Source of the DNA: Octopus vulgaris
Lineage: Eukaryota
Direction: 5' to 3'
DNA: 64,000 nt
Assembly: GCA_951406725.2 (NCBI GenBank)
Contig: OX597835.1
Location: forward strand, 19,034,001-19,098,000
Shown here piece after piece: positions 1 to 12,319 of the stretch (position 1 is its first letter; the number at the start of each line of letters is the position of its first letter). The notes beneath the pieces are model-generated. The model saw nothing but the letters and a program-made list of their open reading frames with translations, ran no database searches and was not told the DNA's origin. The position numbers were made by a program, and so were the translations under genes.

Positions 1-119
1 ATTTGCGGTTGAAGCTTTGGCTGTTATTTCTAGTGGGTGAATGGCCTATTATGGCCGTTCCTTTATTGTTGATATATGTATATATATATATTTATGTCCG
101 TATGTATATATATGTATAA

Positions 120-331
120 AGTTAATCCAAACCTGAAAACACAAAGAGAAAACACAACAACGCGAGGACGTGGAACAAATATAGTATTATTGGACGCTCG
201 GGAAGGAAGGGAAGAAGGAAGGTTTAACGTTTCGAGCGGTGCTCTTCGTCAGAAACATAGGAAAAGGAAAGATCCAGAGAAAGGAAGACGGAGGGAAAAA
301 TCGACAACGGTACACATGCGGTCACATTTTG
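120..331 (-). mobile_element. Short (TA)n-embedded Penelope-like pseudo-LTR-type element (family D)
   Basis: About 210 bp between TA/CA microsatellites, with a second copy at 10593-10803. Carries a minimal HHR motif on the minus strand, a known hallmark of Penelope-like pLTRs. Confidence 0.65.
222..256 (-). ncRNA. Minimal type-I hammerhead ribozyme motif
   Basis: Minus strand reads GUUU-CUGACGA-A-GAGC-ACC-GCUC-GAAAC-GUU-AAAC: intact core, stem II GAGC/GCUC, stem I GUUU/AAAC, loopless palindromic stem III ACGU, GUU cleavage triplet. Confidence 0.7.
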
Positions 332-972
332 AATACATACACACACACACAAATATATATATACATATATATGTATAATATATAAGTGTCTATATATATG
401 TATATATATATATATATACATAGTGAGAGAGAGAGACAGAGTGAGAGTGAGTGAGAGAGTTTAATGTACATAGTGTAGGTATAAAGCTATGAGCTAATTA
501 TAATTTCATACACTACATATTTCATAAGATATTTACATAGGCAAATTTTAAAACAAACCTAGTGTCCCCGAGTATTGTTCTTACTCAAGGGACACAGCCT
601 ATACACGTTGTAAATCAAGACGTTAAGACAAGAGAAAAGAGATGAACTTCAGTTCGCTTCTCACATATTAGTAGTGACAGTGTCTTTCAGGCGTATGTGG
701 AAATAGGCAACAATGAGTTTTTCTCTAAGTTTATCAAGAACGTAAATATCACATTCATGGGGAATTCTGAATATAATGTTTTGATATAGACCTAATTTTA
801 TAGCTGCTATTTCTAGAAATACTGGTACTGACTACTGCCCTAAGCCAATTTAGTGACATATATATTTCTGCCTTTTGGTTGTAAAATTGAGAATAAGCCA
901 CCCATATTATTTATATGTAAATGCGTGTGTATGTGTGTGTGTGCACAGACACAGACACAAACACACGCACAC

Positions 973-1047
<75 letters not shown>

Positions 1048-1699
1048 CATGTATATATATATATATCGGTTATAATAATGAGGAAGACAAACAATTAGGC
1101 GATGCTGGATTTGGTATCTAAAATTTAGAGAAAAACATGACAAAACTGATAAATTGGGAGACTCGGGCAGCTGTTTCTAGAATACCCTGACCATTGAATC
1201 GTCGTACTGTTTGAAGACTTTATAAACTGAGAAATGTATGAAGGAATGTATCATAGACAGTGGAAGGAAATCTTGCCTTTAATGATATTCATTGCGGTTC
1301 ATTATAGTTCATTATGTTCAGTAGAATAGGCGGGTACATTAAATACCTTTGAGTCACTTCTTCCTCAGGTATATCCTTAGGTAAATAATTAAATGAATTC
1401 ATTATTAAAAGACTGGTTAGGCAGTTGGAAATCATGTGTATACTGAGAGAATGAATAAGCGAAATGATCTAGAATGAGAGAGAAAAATAGATAGATAAAT
1501 ACAAGCATTATATTAAATCAATAATGTTCAGTATAGCAAAAATACAATCTTTTTACTACATATGAATCAATGGACAAACAGAGAGGTTGCTCTGTAAAAC
1601 GAGGTGTTTTATATATTGGGACTATTAGAGGGAGAGGATGGAGTTGGGCTAACAAATTGGCTTTCCCATCCAAAGAAGTAGTAGTGGAATCAGGTGTGA

Positions 1700-2150
1700 C
1701 AGAATGAAGGAGTGAATAGGGTTTTTGTTTAGTGCGAGCGAGGATTTCATGGAAAATATTTAAATGGATTATGAAGAGTAGAGTGGAATGTGCAAAGGAA
1801 GATGAAAAGGGTGGAAAAAACGAGAGGGAGAATGTTGTTGAGGGTGTGTATTTTCAAGAGATTAGAACTAATGGTGGCACGCAGAAGGCGGTAAGAAATA
1901 GTACGGAGTATTGGTAGGATGGGAGAAGCAGAGTGGAATGTGGGGTGAAAATAGAGGCGAAAATCTTTGGCGATGAGGAGGTGGTGTGGCAGCGACTGAA
2001 AAAGGAAACGTGACTAAAGTGCTGAGTTTTTTAAATATCAGTAGGGAAAGATCATTAGAAGAGTGAAAACAGCGGGAAGGAAGCGTGAAAAGTGTTTCTT
2101 TAGGCGGTGGGGAAGGTGGAGGAGGATAGATTTGTAATCGGGCATGATAG
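1700..2150 (-). pseudogene. Decayed Penelope-like element ORF, N-terminal part
   Basis: Frameshifted minus-strand translation DLSLLIFKK/TQHFSHVSFFSRC/HHLLIAKDFRLYFHPT...SYRLLRATI resembles the HxxFLxRC..xIPKGFRL N-terminal motif of PLE ORFs (motif recalled, not searched). Confidence 0.5.
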
Positions 2151-2427
2151 TGTAAGAAGATAGAAAAAGGAAGATAGAAAAAGGGAAGAAAAAGAGAAAA
2201 AAAGAAGAAAACGACAAAGAAAAACAAAGTAATGACGTACGGAGTACAAAAGTTCAAAAGATTCAAAAGTCGTGAAGAAGAAAAGGAAGAAAAGAAAGGA
2301 AAGGAGAAGGAAAGAAGACGAGAAGACGAAAAAAGAAAAGGAGAGAAAAAAGCAAATTAACAACGTATGGTGTAAGAAATAAGACAAAAAAAAAAACAGA
2401 AAGTTCAAAAAAGTTCAAACGTGGTAG

Positions 2428-2595
2428 TACAGGGTGTTTGAAAGGTCTCTCTGCAGTAGGTATTTAATCGTTTTCGGGCGATTCTTGTACACTGATACTT
2501 CACTTGCTCCCCAGAAACATGTCTGGCGGTGTTAAAGGAGGTGGTCATGGTGGCTAAAGTGCATTCGAAATAATCCATTTACCGAAAAACAGTAG
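2428..2595 (-). mobile_element. Tc1/mariner-superfamily transposase C-terminal remnant with TIR-like end
   Basis: Minus strand with stop and frameshifts: FFGKWIISNAL*PP..PLTPPDMFL.GA..SVYKNRPKTI, matching the WPPRSPDLTPxDFFLWG..VYKNRPxT motif. The left end TACAGGGTG is a typical TA+CAGGGTG terminus. Confidence 0.7.
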
Positions 2596-2864
2596 AAGTA
2601 GCATCATGGTGATGCGCAGGATGAAAAAAAATCACCGCAGATAGACGTTTTGAACAACCTGGATATTGGGAGCGATTTTTCATCATCGGAAAAGTCCAGT
2701 AAAATCTGTAAGCATATCCAGTGGTAATTCGGGTAGAGTGCTGGTATGTAGATGAGGAGAGGTGAATAAATTTCAGGCAGTAGTTGAGATGTGAAACTCC
2801 AAAGAAAAGGTTCAAGCAAAATAAAACTGGGCTTACCACGTGAGCGTATAATATAGTTGAAATG

Positions 2865-3005
2865 AGGCGGCGAGATGGCAGAAACGTTAGCACGCCGGGC
2901 GAAATGCTTAGTGGTATTTCGTCTGCCGCTACATTCTGAGTTCAAATTCCGCCGAGGTCGACTTTGCCTTTCATCCTTTCGGGGTCGATTAAACAAGCAC
3001 CAGTT
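2865..3005 (+). mobile_element. SINE family A, 3'-truncated
   Basis: GGCGGCGAGATGGCAGAAACGTTAG head, B-box-like GAGTTCAAATTCC, body GTCGACTTTGCCTTTCATCCTTTCGGGGTCGAT; more than 10 copies in the window. Confidence 0.85.
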
Positions 3006-3019
3006 AAGTACAAGTAAAA

Positions 3020-3081
<62 letters not shown>

Positions 3082-3943
3082 AGCCTTGTCCTTTTCAAAG
3101 TGTGCAATTGCATATTTGCCTAAACAGTTGTGCTAACAGGACGTTTGTCCATTGATTCATATGTAGTAAACAAAAGACGTAGAATTTAATGCACAAACTC
3201 TACTCACATATGTATAGCATACTTTGCAAGGAGAATCAAGATATCAATGCACACTGCGCCTTTCCGCTTCTGACATTATCTACCGGGTTACTGCTATTAC
3301 TAAGTTGTATAACCGGAACTTCTGTTTTATATTCGAATGTTATAGAATCTTTGAAACTTCCAATATTCAGCAGTTAGACAAAAAAAAAATTGATATTCAC
3401 TGTTTAAGTCCGTTGGAATTTCCTAGTCAATAACGAGTTTCCAAACAACGAAACAGAGAGTAGTCTGACGCTGGAGGCAATAATAGGCAAGACCGAGAAC
3501 CACAAAACATCATAACAATTTGTTGAAAATTTTATAACATTATTTTATTCGAATTTTTTTTACTCACATTATTTATGTAGGAACAAAGGTTTTCTTACAA
3601 ACTGCAAACAAACATGTTTAAAAACCACCAGTCGCTTGCAGACATATTTTTATTTTTCAAGCTCTAATTGGTTTTGGTATGCCATGATTGTTAACCGTCT
3701 CTCTATGTATCTGTTTTTTTTTTGTATTTATTGTTTTGCTTATGTTTTAATCTTTCATTTCTGCTATATATTACCTGTAGTTTTTTTTTTTTTTACCTTA
3801 AACTAATTATTATTGATCTATTGTTAGATTTCTTGTGTAAACTCACTCAACATACACCTGTTAATAAGACGTTACTGTAACGAATTTAACTACGTAATCA
3901 ACTTAAGCAACAAATTGCTTGTCTCTTGTACATAAATTACATT

Positions 3944-4003
<60 letters not shown>

Positions 4004-5949
4004 GTGTGTGTGTGTGTATATCTATACATATATATATAAATATATATATATACATATACATATGTATATATATACACATACATACATATATGTATATATA
4101 TGTATATATATATTTATATATATATATATATATCCTTGTTTTCTATGTATGTATATATATATATATATATATGCGTGTGTGTGTGTATACATGTATGTAT
4201 ACTCATATATATATATATATGCTTGTATATTTAGGAACATATGTATAGCTTTCGGTATCTATACGTTGGTGTATTACCGAGTCAAATACTCCAAACAAAC
4301 GCACCTATTTTTTAGTGTTTCCGTGATGCAAATATTTTTGAAGTACTTTATTCAAAAGCAAGTTCTTGTCAACATATTCCCTTAAAAAAAAATAACAAAA
4401 AAACACACACACCAAAAAAACATGTGTTCAGATATATAGATATCTTGTCAAAATACCCGACCTTAATTATATTAACTTCTTATTATTACCAATTCAGTCT
4501 TTTTGCTGTCAGGAATTGTATTAAGTTAGATAGTACTGTGGCGTTTTTGCCTGACTGTGGTGTATTTTAGCTGATGATAGCAAATAATATAGATATCGTG
4601 TCGAATGCAATGAAAATACAAAATAGAGTGAATGAATGACACTTGCATTAGCGGTAGTTATTCTCTACATTTTTGCTTCTAATACCTAAGAGTTTTACTT
4701 AAATACTAACGTGCATATAGCATTTATTCATTGTTTAAAATTATCTTTACTCTCCACGAATCTAAAAAGCGAAAAGAGCAAGTGTAAGCATTATCGGACG
4801 CCAAGTAGAATAGCGTTGGGTCGATTTCCATTTGTTTCCCTAAAATTTTCTTGACAATTTCTCTATCAACCATAGTTATATGGACGTATGTCAATATATG
4901 TGTGTGGGTGACTATGTAGAGAAAGACAAGTGTACACCTGCACAAACATATATAGTTTTTAACTACAGAGTATAAAATGCTTGTAACGTGTATATGTATT
5001 AGCAAACAAGAAATGTCTAAAAGTAGTATGTATAGGAATATTTATAATTTTTTATGCATAATAATTGATGAGGTTTCCCGAAGAAATTGTATTAGTTACA
5101 GCCAGACGAATCTGAGTATCCCAGTCGGATCTTGACAGAATTAACAATTACATATTCGACCACATTTTATGTGTAAGAATATGATTTCATATTTAATTTT
5201 AAAGATTTTATACGTTTGAATAAATCAAAATTTATATTTCCTTTAATATTTACTTATTTCAGTTGTTAGACTGCGGCGATGCTGGGGCACCACCTTGAAG
5301 GAATTTTTATATGCAGTACTTTTTGTTTTCTTTATTTCTTCCAGCGGTGGTGCCCCAGCATGGCCGCGGCCTTCGGGCTTAAACATTTTAAAGGATTTTA
5401 AGGATTTATACGAAAATGTGTTAAACACCATATATTTTTCCCTATGCAATAAGTTCATCTTCCCCTTTCTTGAACGAAAAAAAAAAAACTTTTTCCATTA
5501 TGTATTTAGTCGGAGTGATGCCCTCAACTAGATTGCTCCTTTCATTGCGTTTCGACTGTGTACACTCCAGGCTTCCTCAGGTGTCTTGTGATTCACCGTA
5601 GTTGCTTGCATGCGATTGAATTCAGAAATTCTAGGTAACTGCACTAAATTAACCAACAACTTTATCCAATGCACTATGCTGGTAGCCAGGTCCAGAGTGA
5701 AGTTTTAAAGCTTATAATCCTCAAATGATGTCTTATGTCGGTTCCGTACCGATCGAATAATAATCTTCTATATTTCTCAGATGAGGAATTTTCCAGTTAT
5801 GTACTAATCGGAATGGTGTCCTCATCCTGACTTTTGTTTTCGCTAATTTTCGGCTGTGTACGCTAGGACATTGAAAGAGAATGAAAAGACACCTGAAGGA
5901 GGCTGGAACCTCTAACAACCGGAAACATATTGGAAACAACAATCAGATT

Positions 5950-6365
5950 TCTGCGTGTTCATTGGGTTTTTTTCTTTATTGTTGGCTACGGCTTCATTGC
6001 TACCACAGGAATCCTCGTTAGAAATAACGCGAATATTTCAGCGCGTGATGAGATATACGAAATAAATTCTAGGTCTATAATTACTGACGTTTACAATCCT
6101 GGAAACAGCTGACAACCAACCTAATGTAGAGAGAATTTACTCAGTTCATACTGGTGCCTGATTCATGTTGGGAATGAAAAGAAAAGTTGCCCAACTCATC
6201 ATAAAGTAAAGCTTTTGAGATATTCTTGTACGCCTAAGTGAAGGCGATCTTCAAATCTAACAAAAATTAATTAAAGTACTGCTATGGGACATCAACCTCA
6301 TTATCAGTTGATGTTTAGCGATAGAAACAACACGTCGACCTTTCGACACTGATAACCTCTTCCAA
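5950..6365 (+). repeat. Locally duplicated ~400-bp segment, copy 1
   Basis: Aligns by eye, with many substitutions, to 7685-7748 plus 8370-8718. Confidence 0.85.
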
Positions 6366-6369
6366 CAAG

Positions 6370-7081
6370 TAAGGATCCCCTTTGGTCTTGATCGATTATG
6401 GGATTACAGCTAGAATTTTACCCTCCGAAACACAAGTCCTGGCAAGGTTATTTATTGAAGACCAGCAGTCACCCATGCATTCCAGCCTCCGTTCTCCCCG
6501 TCACCGATATTATCCAATCAGGTTGGTGAAGGCGCAATGGCCCAGTGGTTAGGGCAGCGGACTCGCGGTCGTAGGATCGCGGTTTCGATTCCCAGACCGG
6601 GCGTTGTGAGTGTTTATTGAGCGAAAACACCTAAAGCTCCATGAGGCTCCGGCAGGGGATGGTGGTGATCCCTGCTGTACTCTTTCACCACAACTTTCTC
6701 TCACTCTTACTTCCTGTTTCTGTTGTACCCGTATTTCAAAGGGCCGGCCTTGTCACTCTCTGTGTCACGCTGAATATCCCCGAGAACTACGTTAAGGGTA
6801 CACGTGTCTGTGGAGTGCTCAGCCACTTACACGTTAATTTCACGAGCAGGCTGTTCCGTTGATCGGATCAACCGGAACCCTCGTCGCCGTAACCGACGGA
6901 GTGCTTCCACCAATCAGGTTGGCATAATTGACGTCGAGATTCAATTGTCCAGCTGAGTAACTTGAGCAAAGTGAAATAAAATGTCTTGCTCAAGAACACA
7001 ATACACAGCCCGGTCCAGGAATCAAATTCACTACCTCATGATAGTGAGTTCAACCCTGCAACCACTGAGTCATGCGCCTTC
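6370..7081 (-). mobile_element. Older tRNA-derived SINE (family E, CORE-like), interrupted by a family B copy
   Basis: Minus strand GAAGGCGCATGACTCAGTGGTT...GAATTTGATTCCTGGACCGGG...GTGTTCTTGAGCAAGACATTTTATTTCAC: A/B boxes plus a CORE-like motif. Confidence 0.6.
6526..6909 (+). mobile_element. SINE family B (tRNA-Arg-like head), full length, tail type 1
   Basis: A box TGGCCCAGTGG, B box GGTTTCGATTCC; 13-bp TSD CCAATCAGGTTGG at 6514-6526 and 6910-6922; near-identical copies elsewhere. Confidence 0.9.
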
Positions 7082-7745
7082 CAATTAGTATATAATATAT
7101 AAGTTTCACATTTCAGAAATATAGAATTGTATTATGCATTCATCGTGGAGCAGACCTAAGGCATCAATGGAGGTTTATAAGCCTTAAAAATTCACTCTGA
7201 CACTGCCTGCGACTATAGCGTGGTACATAAATCCTCGGGCTAAGATACCTAAAGAAGGATTCGACGTAATTTATACTTATTGCGTTCTTTCTGTTTCCAT
7301 CATTATAACTGTCCCACTACTAATGGAAGAGCCTGTCATCTCGCAAGAATCAACTCCGAAATCCAACGCAAACAGGTCAATGACCAACTGCTCATCAGGC
7401 TGATATTCTCCTCAATCTCCATCATCACCTAATAGCTATCAAGAAGCACCCTAACGTATGCTTCACATTTTCCTTCAGAAGTCTTTTAATACATTCATCA
7501 TGGTTAACTTCTGTAAGCAGACGTCACCTTTTGAATCGTTTTCTGCATGACTGATTAAAAATATTTGCTTGTTTTGAAGCGGAAAAAAACATGCTGCTTG
7601 ATAAAAATTGACAATGTTTCCGTTTGATTATATCAATATGTGGAAATATATGGTTGTTATTTATTTTTTTTTTTCAGATTTTTTTTGTGTTCATTTGTGT
7701 TGTATTTTTTTATTGCTGCCACAGGAGTCCTTGTCAGAAATAGCG

Positions 7746-8370
7746 CGAGCTGGCAGAAACGTTAGCACGCCGGGTGAAATGCTTAGCTCTATTTAATCTG
7801 CCATTATGTTCTGAGTTCAAATTCCGCCGAGGTCAACTTTGCCTTTCATCCTTTCGGGGTCGATAAAATAAGTACCAGTTACGCAGTGGGGTCGATATAA
7901 TCGAATTAATCGTCTGTCTGTCCTTGTCTGTCCGCTCTGTGTTTAGCCCCTTGTGGGTAGTAAAGAAATAGGTATTTCATCTGAGTTCAAATTCTGCCGA
8001 GGTCGACTTTGCCTTTCACCCTTTCCGGGTCGATAAATTAAGTACCTATTTCTTTACTACCCACAAGGGGCTAAACACAGAGAGGACAAACAAGGATAGA
8101 CAAACGGATTAAGTCGATAATATCGACCCCAGTGCGTAACTGGTACTTATTTAATCGACCCCGAAAGGATGAAAGGCAAAGTCGACCTCGGCGGAATTTG
8201 AACTCAGAACGTAGCGGCAGACAAAATACCGCTAATTATTTCGCCCAGAGTGCTAACGATTCTGCCAGTTTGCCGCCTTCCTCAGTTGGGTCGATGTAAT
8301 CGACTTAATCCCGTTGTCTGTCGTGTTTGACCCTTCTATGTTTAGCTCCTCGTGGGCAATAAAGAAATAA
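7746..8370 (+). mobile_element. SINE family A dimer with a nested inverted family A copy (8045-8279, minus)
   Basis: Flanked by the 13-bp TSD AGAAATAGCGCGA (7736-7748, 8370-8382); an internal reverse-complement copy splits the second unit. Confidence 0.85.
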
Positions 8371-8718
8371 GAAATAGCGCGAACGTTTCAGCGCGTGTTG
8401 AGATATACAAAATCAATTTTAGGTCTGTAATTACTGACGTTCATAATCCTAGAAAGAGTTATCAATCGAGCTGATGTAGAGAGAATTAAGTCAGTTCATA
8501 TTGGTGCCTGATACATGTTGGGAATGAAAAGAAATGTTGCCCAGCTCATCATAAACTAAAGCTTTTGAGATGTCCTTGTGCCCCTAAGTGAAGTCGATCT
8601 TCATATCTTCTAATAAAAATTAATTAAAGTGCTGCTACAGGACATCAACCTCATTACTGTTTGATGTTCAGGGATAGAAACAACACGTCAACCTTTCGAC
8701 ACTGACAACCTCTTCCAC
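8370..8718 (+). repeat. Locally duplicated segment, copy 2 (right part)
   Basis: Diverged copy of about 6020-6365; its left part is at 7685-7748. Confidence 0.85.
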
Positions 8719-8914
8719 AACCATTTGATACCATTGAGATAATGTGTGGTTAAAAGTTTAAGAACCGTGTTAAATGGGAACAGGTGAACATACAATAATG
8801 ACTAACTGAAGATATAATCATATCTAGTGGCGAAGTGTTCAAATTCCCCTGAGGTCGACATTGCCATTCATCCTTTCGTGATCGATAAATTAAGTATCAG
8901 TGATACTTAATAGA

Positions 8915-9170
8915 AAGCGAAGAAGGAGAAGAAAACAAAGAAGACGAAGAAAAAAAAAGATAAATTACCAAAATAAGACTAAGAACAAAAGGAAACAAGA
9001 TTGTGAAGTAAACGAAAAGGATATACAAGAAGAACGAGTAGAAGAAGAAGAAGAAGAAGAAGAAGAAGAAGAAGAAGAAGGAGAAGGAGAAGAAGAAGAA
9101 GAAGAAGAAGGAGATGAAGAAGGAGAAGGAGAAGAAGGAGAAGAAGTAGAAGAAGAAGAAGAAGGAGAAG

Positions 9171-9202
<32 letters not shown>

Positions 9203-9672
9203 GAAGAAGAAGAAGAAGGAGAAGAAGAAGAAGAAGGAGAAGAAGAAGAAGGTGAAAAAGGAGGAAGAAGAAGAAGAAGGAGGAGAAGAAGAAGAAGAAG
9301 AAGGAGAAGAAGAAGAAGAAGAATGAGATAAGAATAAGAAGGAAACAAGATTGAGAAGGAATACAAGAAGAACGAGAGAAGAAGAAGAGAAGAACGAGTG
9401 AAGAAGAAGAAGAAGAAGAAGAAGAAGAAGAAGAAGAAGAAGGAGAAGAAGAAGAGAAGAAGAAGAAGAAGAAGAAGAAGAAGAAGAAGGAGAAGGAGAA
9501 GAAGAAGAAGAAGGAGAAGGAGAAGGAGAAGAAGAAGAAGAAGAAGGAGAAGGAGAAGGAGAAGAAGAAGAAGAAGGAGAAGAAGAAGAAGAAGAAGAAG
9601 AAGTACAAGAAGAAGAAGAAGAAGAAGAAGGAGAATAAGAATAAGAAGAAGAATAAGAAGAACAAGAAGAAA
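8915..9672 (+). repeat. (GAA)n/(GGA)n purine tract with a ~120-bp non-repetitive leader
   Basis: The leader ...GATAAATTACCAAAATAAGACTAAGAACAAAAGGAAACAAGATTG... recurs at 17034-17155. Confidence 0.9.
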
Positions 9673-10494
9673 TAAATGTAATCCCACAAATAGCAGGCCT
9701 TATGCTTATAGTTGAAAATGATATACAGTAGCGAAGAATTCAATATGAAGTAAAAGTAGAAAATCCAAAACGGCATCTATTGATATTTCTTTTTGTGATT
9801 TTTCCCTCCGTCAACATTTTTTTCAAGGAAAAGGAAAGATTCTGGCTGTTTCCCAAGCAGTTCTTAAAATAATTGGTTCAATAAATATTGAACGAGGAAA
9901 TGTGCTCAACTTTTCAAAAATATTGGACAAACTTACAACGGGGCTACTTTTATTTAATTTTTCTGTGGGGTTATTTTGCTAAAGCAAAAACTAAAATTTC
10001 CGAATTGATGTTTTTTTTTTTTTTTATGGAATCGATTGAGCATCGGACGAAATGCTTCGCATTTCTGATTTTATGCTCTGTGTTGTGAATCCTGCGGACG
10101 CTAAATTTTGTAAGTTATTCTTCTGAGATCGATAATTTAAGTTAATAATCATTAACTGGGTTCAATAGTATTGAGTAACCTCGTTCGCTAAACACTGCCG
10201 ACCCGAAATCAGAAGCCATTACCTTTTAAGGGTGGTTATCTGTCAAAAATTTTAGAACGTCGGTACAATATGCGTCTTGGTATAAATTTCAACACGATGC
10301 ATAATGGCAGTACTACAAAACCTAAGGTTAGATGGTCTTTCGCTTCATCATTTTGGTCACAAAATCTGTATTCGGAGACTGCGCCAATTTCATACTATAA
10401 ACTTCAAAGTCTTTGCTAAGTTTAGCCGTCTCATGCTGTTTAGTAGGTTTCGTGTTTTCTTTTCAGCCAATGAATTGTTTTCTAGTCATCGTGG

Positions 10495-10573
<79 letters not shown>

Positions 10574-10592
10574 ATATACATATATATATATG

Positions 10593-10803
10593 TAGTTAAT
10601 CCCAAAAAGAAAACACAAAAAAACAAAAAACACAACAACGCGAGGACGTAGAACAAATAAAGTATTATTGGACGCTCAGGAAAGAAAGGAAGAAGGAGGG
10701 TTTAACGTTTCGAGCGGAGTTCTTCGTCGGAAACATGGGAGAAGGAAAGATCCCGAGAAGGGAAGACGGAGGAAACAAATCGCCAGCGGTACTCACGAGG
10801 TCA
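10593..10803 (-). mobile_element. Family D pLTR-like element, copy 2 (HHR core mutated to CCGACGA at 10700-10734)
   Basis: Aligns to 120-331; embedded in (TA)n. Confidence 0.65.
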
Positions 10804-10871
10804 TATATATATATATGTATGTATGTATACATGTATATGTATATGTGTATATGTATGTACATATATATGTA

Positions 10872-10902
<31 letters not shown>

Positions 10903-11721
10903 ATATATATATATATATTAACGAGCATTGTAATAGCGTATTGTAAGGTTTTTTCGCCATTCTTTGCAAATAGGTGTCTTCATGCTACAGTTTAGAAACG
11001 ATAACTGACGACAAACAAAACAAAAAAACAAACCGATTATGATGTCAAATAATCCACTCCAGTGTTACCAAATTATGAATATCGCAGCAACACAGGAAGC
11101 CATGTCTATTTTTACTTTCATATCATGTCTCCTACTAATTATTTTCAGAAAATAATTGTTATAGAAACTGAAACTTAATGTTTCCTCACACTTTCTCTCT
11201 CTCTCCTCCTTCTCTCCTCTTCTCCTCTCTCTCTCTTTTTCTCTTTGTCTCAGAACAAGTATTCACACATAATGCAAAAGGCTTTTCTGTTAGATATACA
11301 TGAATGGCACGGAAGCATTTGGAATCAGCAGGGTTCTGAAGTGTGCATAATCACTTCATGTTTATGGTAGATCAAATCTAATGAAGCATTTGTACATCTT
11401 GCAATTTCCATGCTCAGTTGAAATATAATTTATAATTAGGATTTCAAAAACAACCAATGTTATAATTAGCTATAATTAGCAACACATTATCAGTAGTATT
11501 TCTTCCCTTTTGTTTTAGAATACGAAAGATCTTACATTCATGACAAACCCATCTTTTGTACACTAAGATTTTATTGTGATATTTGAAAATGTTAAGGACT
11601 GATTTTGCGGTGCTTCAATTGAAGGTAAAATACATGGACGTGGGCCCTGAAGATCTTGTGTGTCAGTTTTGCTATGGGATAATCTATAATAATATACAAT
11701 TTCAAGTCTTGAATATATCAA

Positions 11722-11815
<94 letters not shown>

Positions 11816-11857
11816 ACTTGCTTTCCCCTTTACACCATACATCATGACACTGTGATA

Positions 11858-12145
11858 CACGATCCCTATTGATCGTTTTCTTTTCCTCTTCCCATTTTTT
11901 CCTCTTTTTTCTTTTTTTTCATTTTTCTTTGCCTTTGTTCCTTTTCCCTTTTTTCTTTTTTACTTTTCCTTTTTTTTTGTTCTTTTTTCCCTTTTACGAT
12001 CCCTTTTGATCGAAAACCTACGCCACCCTTTTTTTTTATTCTTTTTTTTTTGTTTTTTGTTGTTTTTTTTCATCCCCCAAAAGAAAAGCTCTACCTTGTA
12101 ACTTGTCCCATCTGTGTGCAGCCCTGTGTGGCCAATAAAGAAACT
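11858..12145 (+). repeat. Possible LINE 3'-UTR fragment
   Basis: Direct repeat ACGATCCCT(A/T)TTGATCG at about 11858 and 11996, T-rich tracts, and AATAAA at 12134. The family assignment is a guess. Confidence 0.3.
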
Positions 12146-12191
12146 TACCTATCGCTCGATCTTTCATTCTTCCTTTATCTCTGTGTGTACA

Positions 12192-12241
<50 letters not shown>

Positions 12242-12319
12242 CTTCATATGACTAATTAGAAATACAGGTGGATATTCTAATATATTTGCGAAATCCCCGC
12301 ACGGAAAATCATGGCTTGG

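Noticed and set aside
840-1143. YIYI, CVCV and THTH ORFs here and throughout the window
   Set aside because: (TA)n and (CA)n artefacts.
5780-5860. Plus-strand LIGMVSSS*LLFSLIFGC, faintly like an SLC18B1 transmembrane segment
   Set aside because: In-frame stop, wrong spacing, and opposite strand to the candidate exon.
6526-6600. tRNA-like sequence with A and B boxes
   Set aside because: It is a SINE head: no proper acceptor stem, and it continues into a repeated body bounded by TSDs.
7380-7520. Acidic piggyBac-like N-terminal peptide on the minus strand
   Set aside because: Multiple stops, no catalytic motifs, and no TTAA-TIR ends seen.
8900-9776. Long poly-E, -R, -L and -F ORFs (also 16993-17857)
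   Set aside because: Open in several frames on both strands because GAA repeats lack stops; no domain or splice support.
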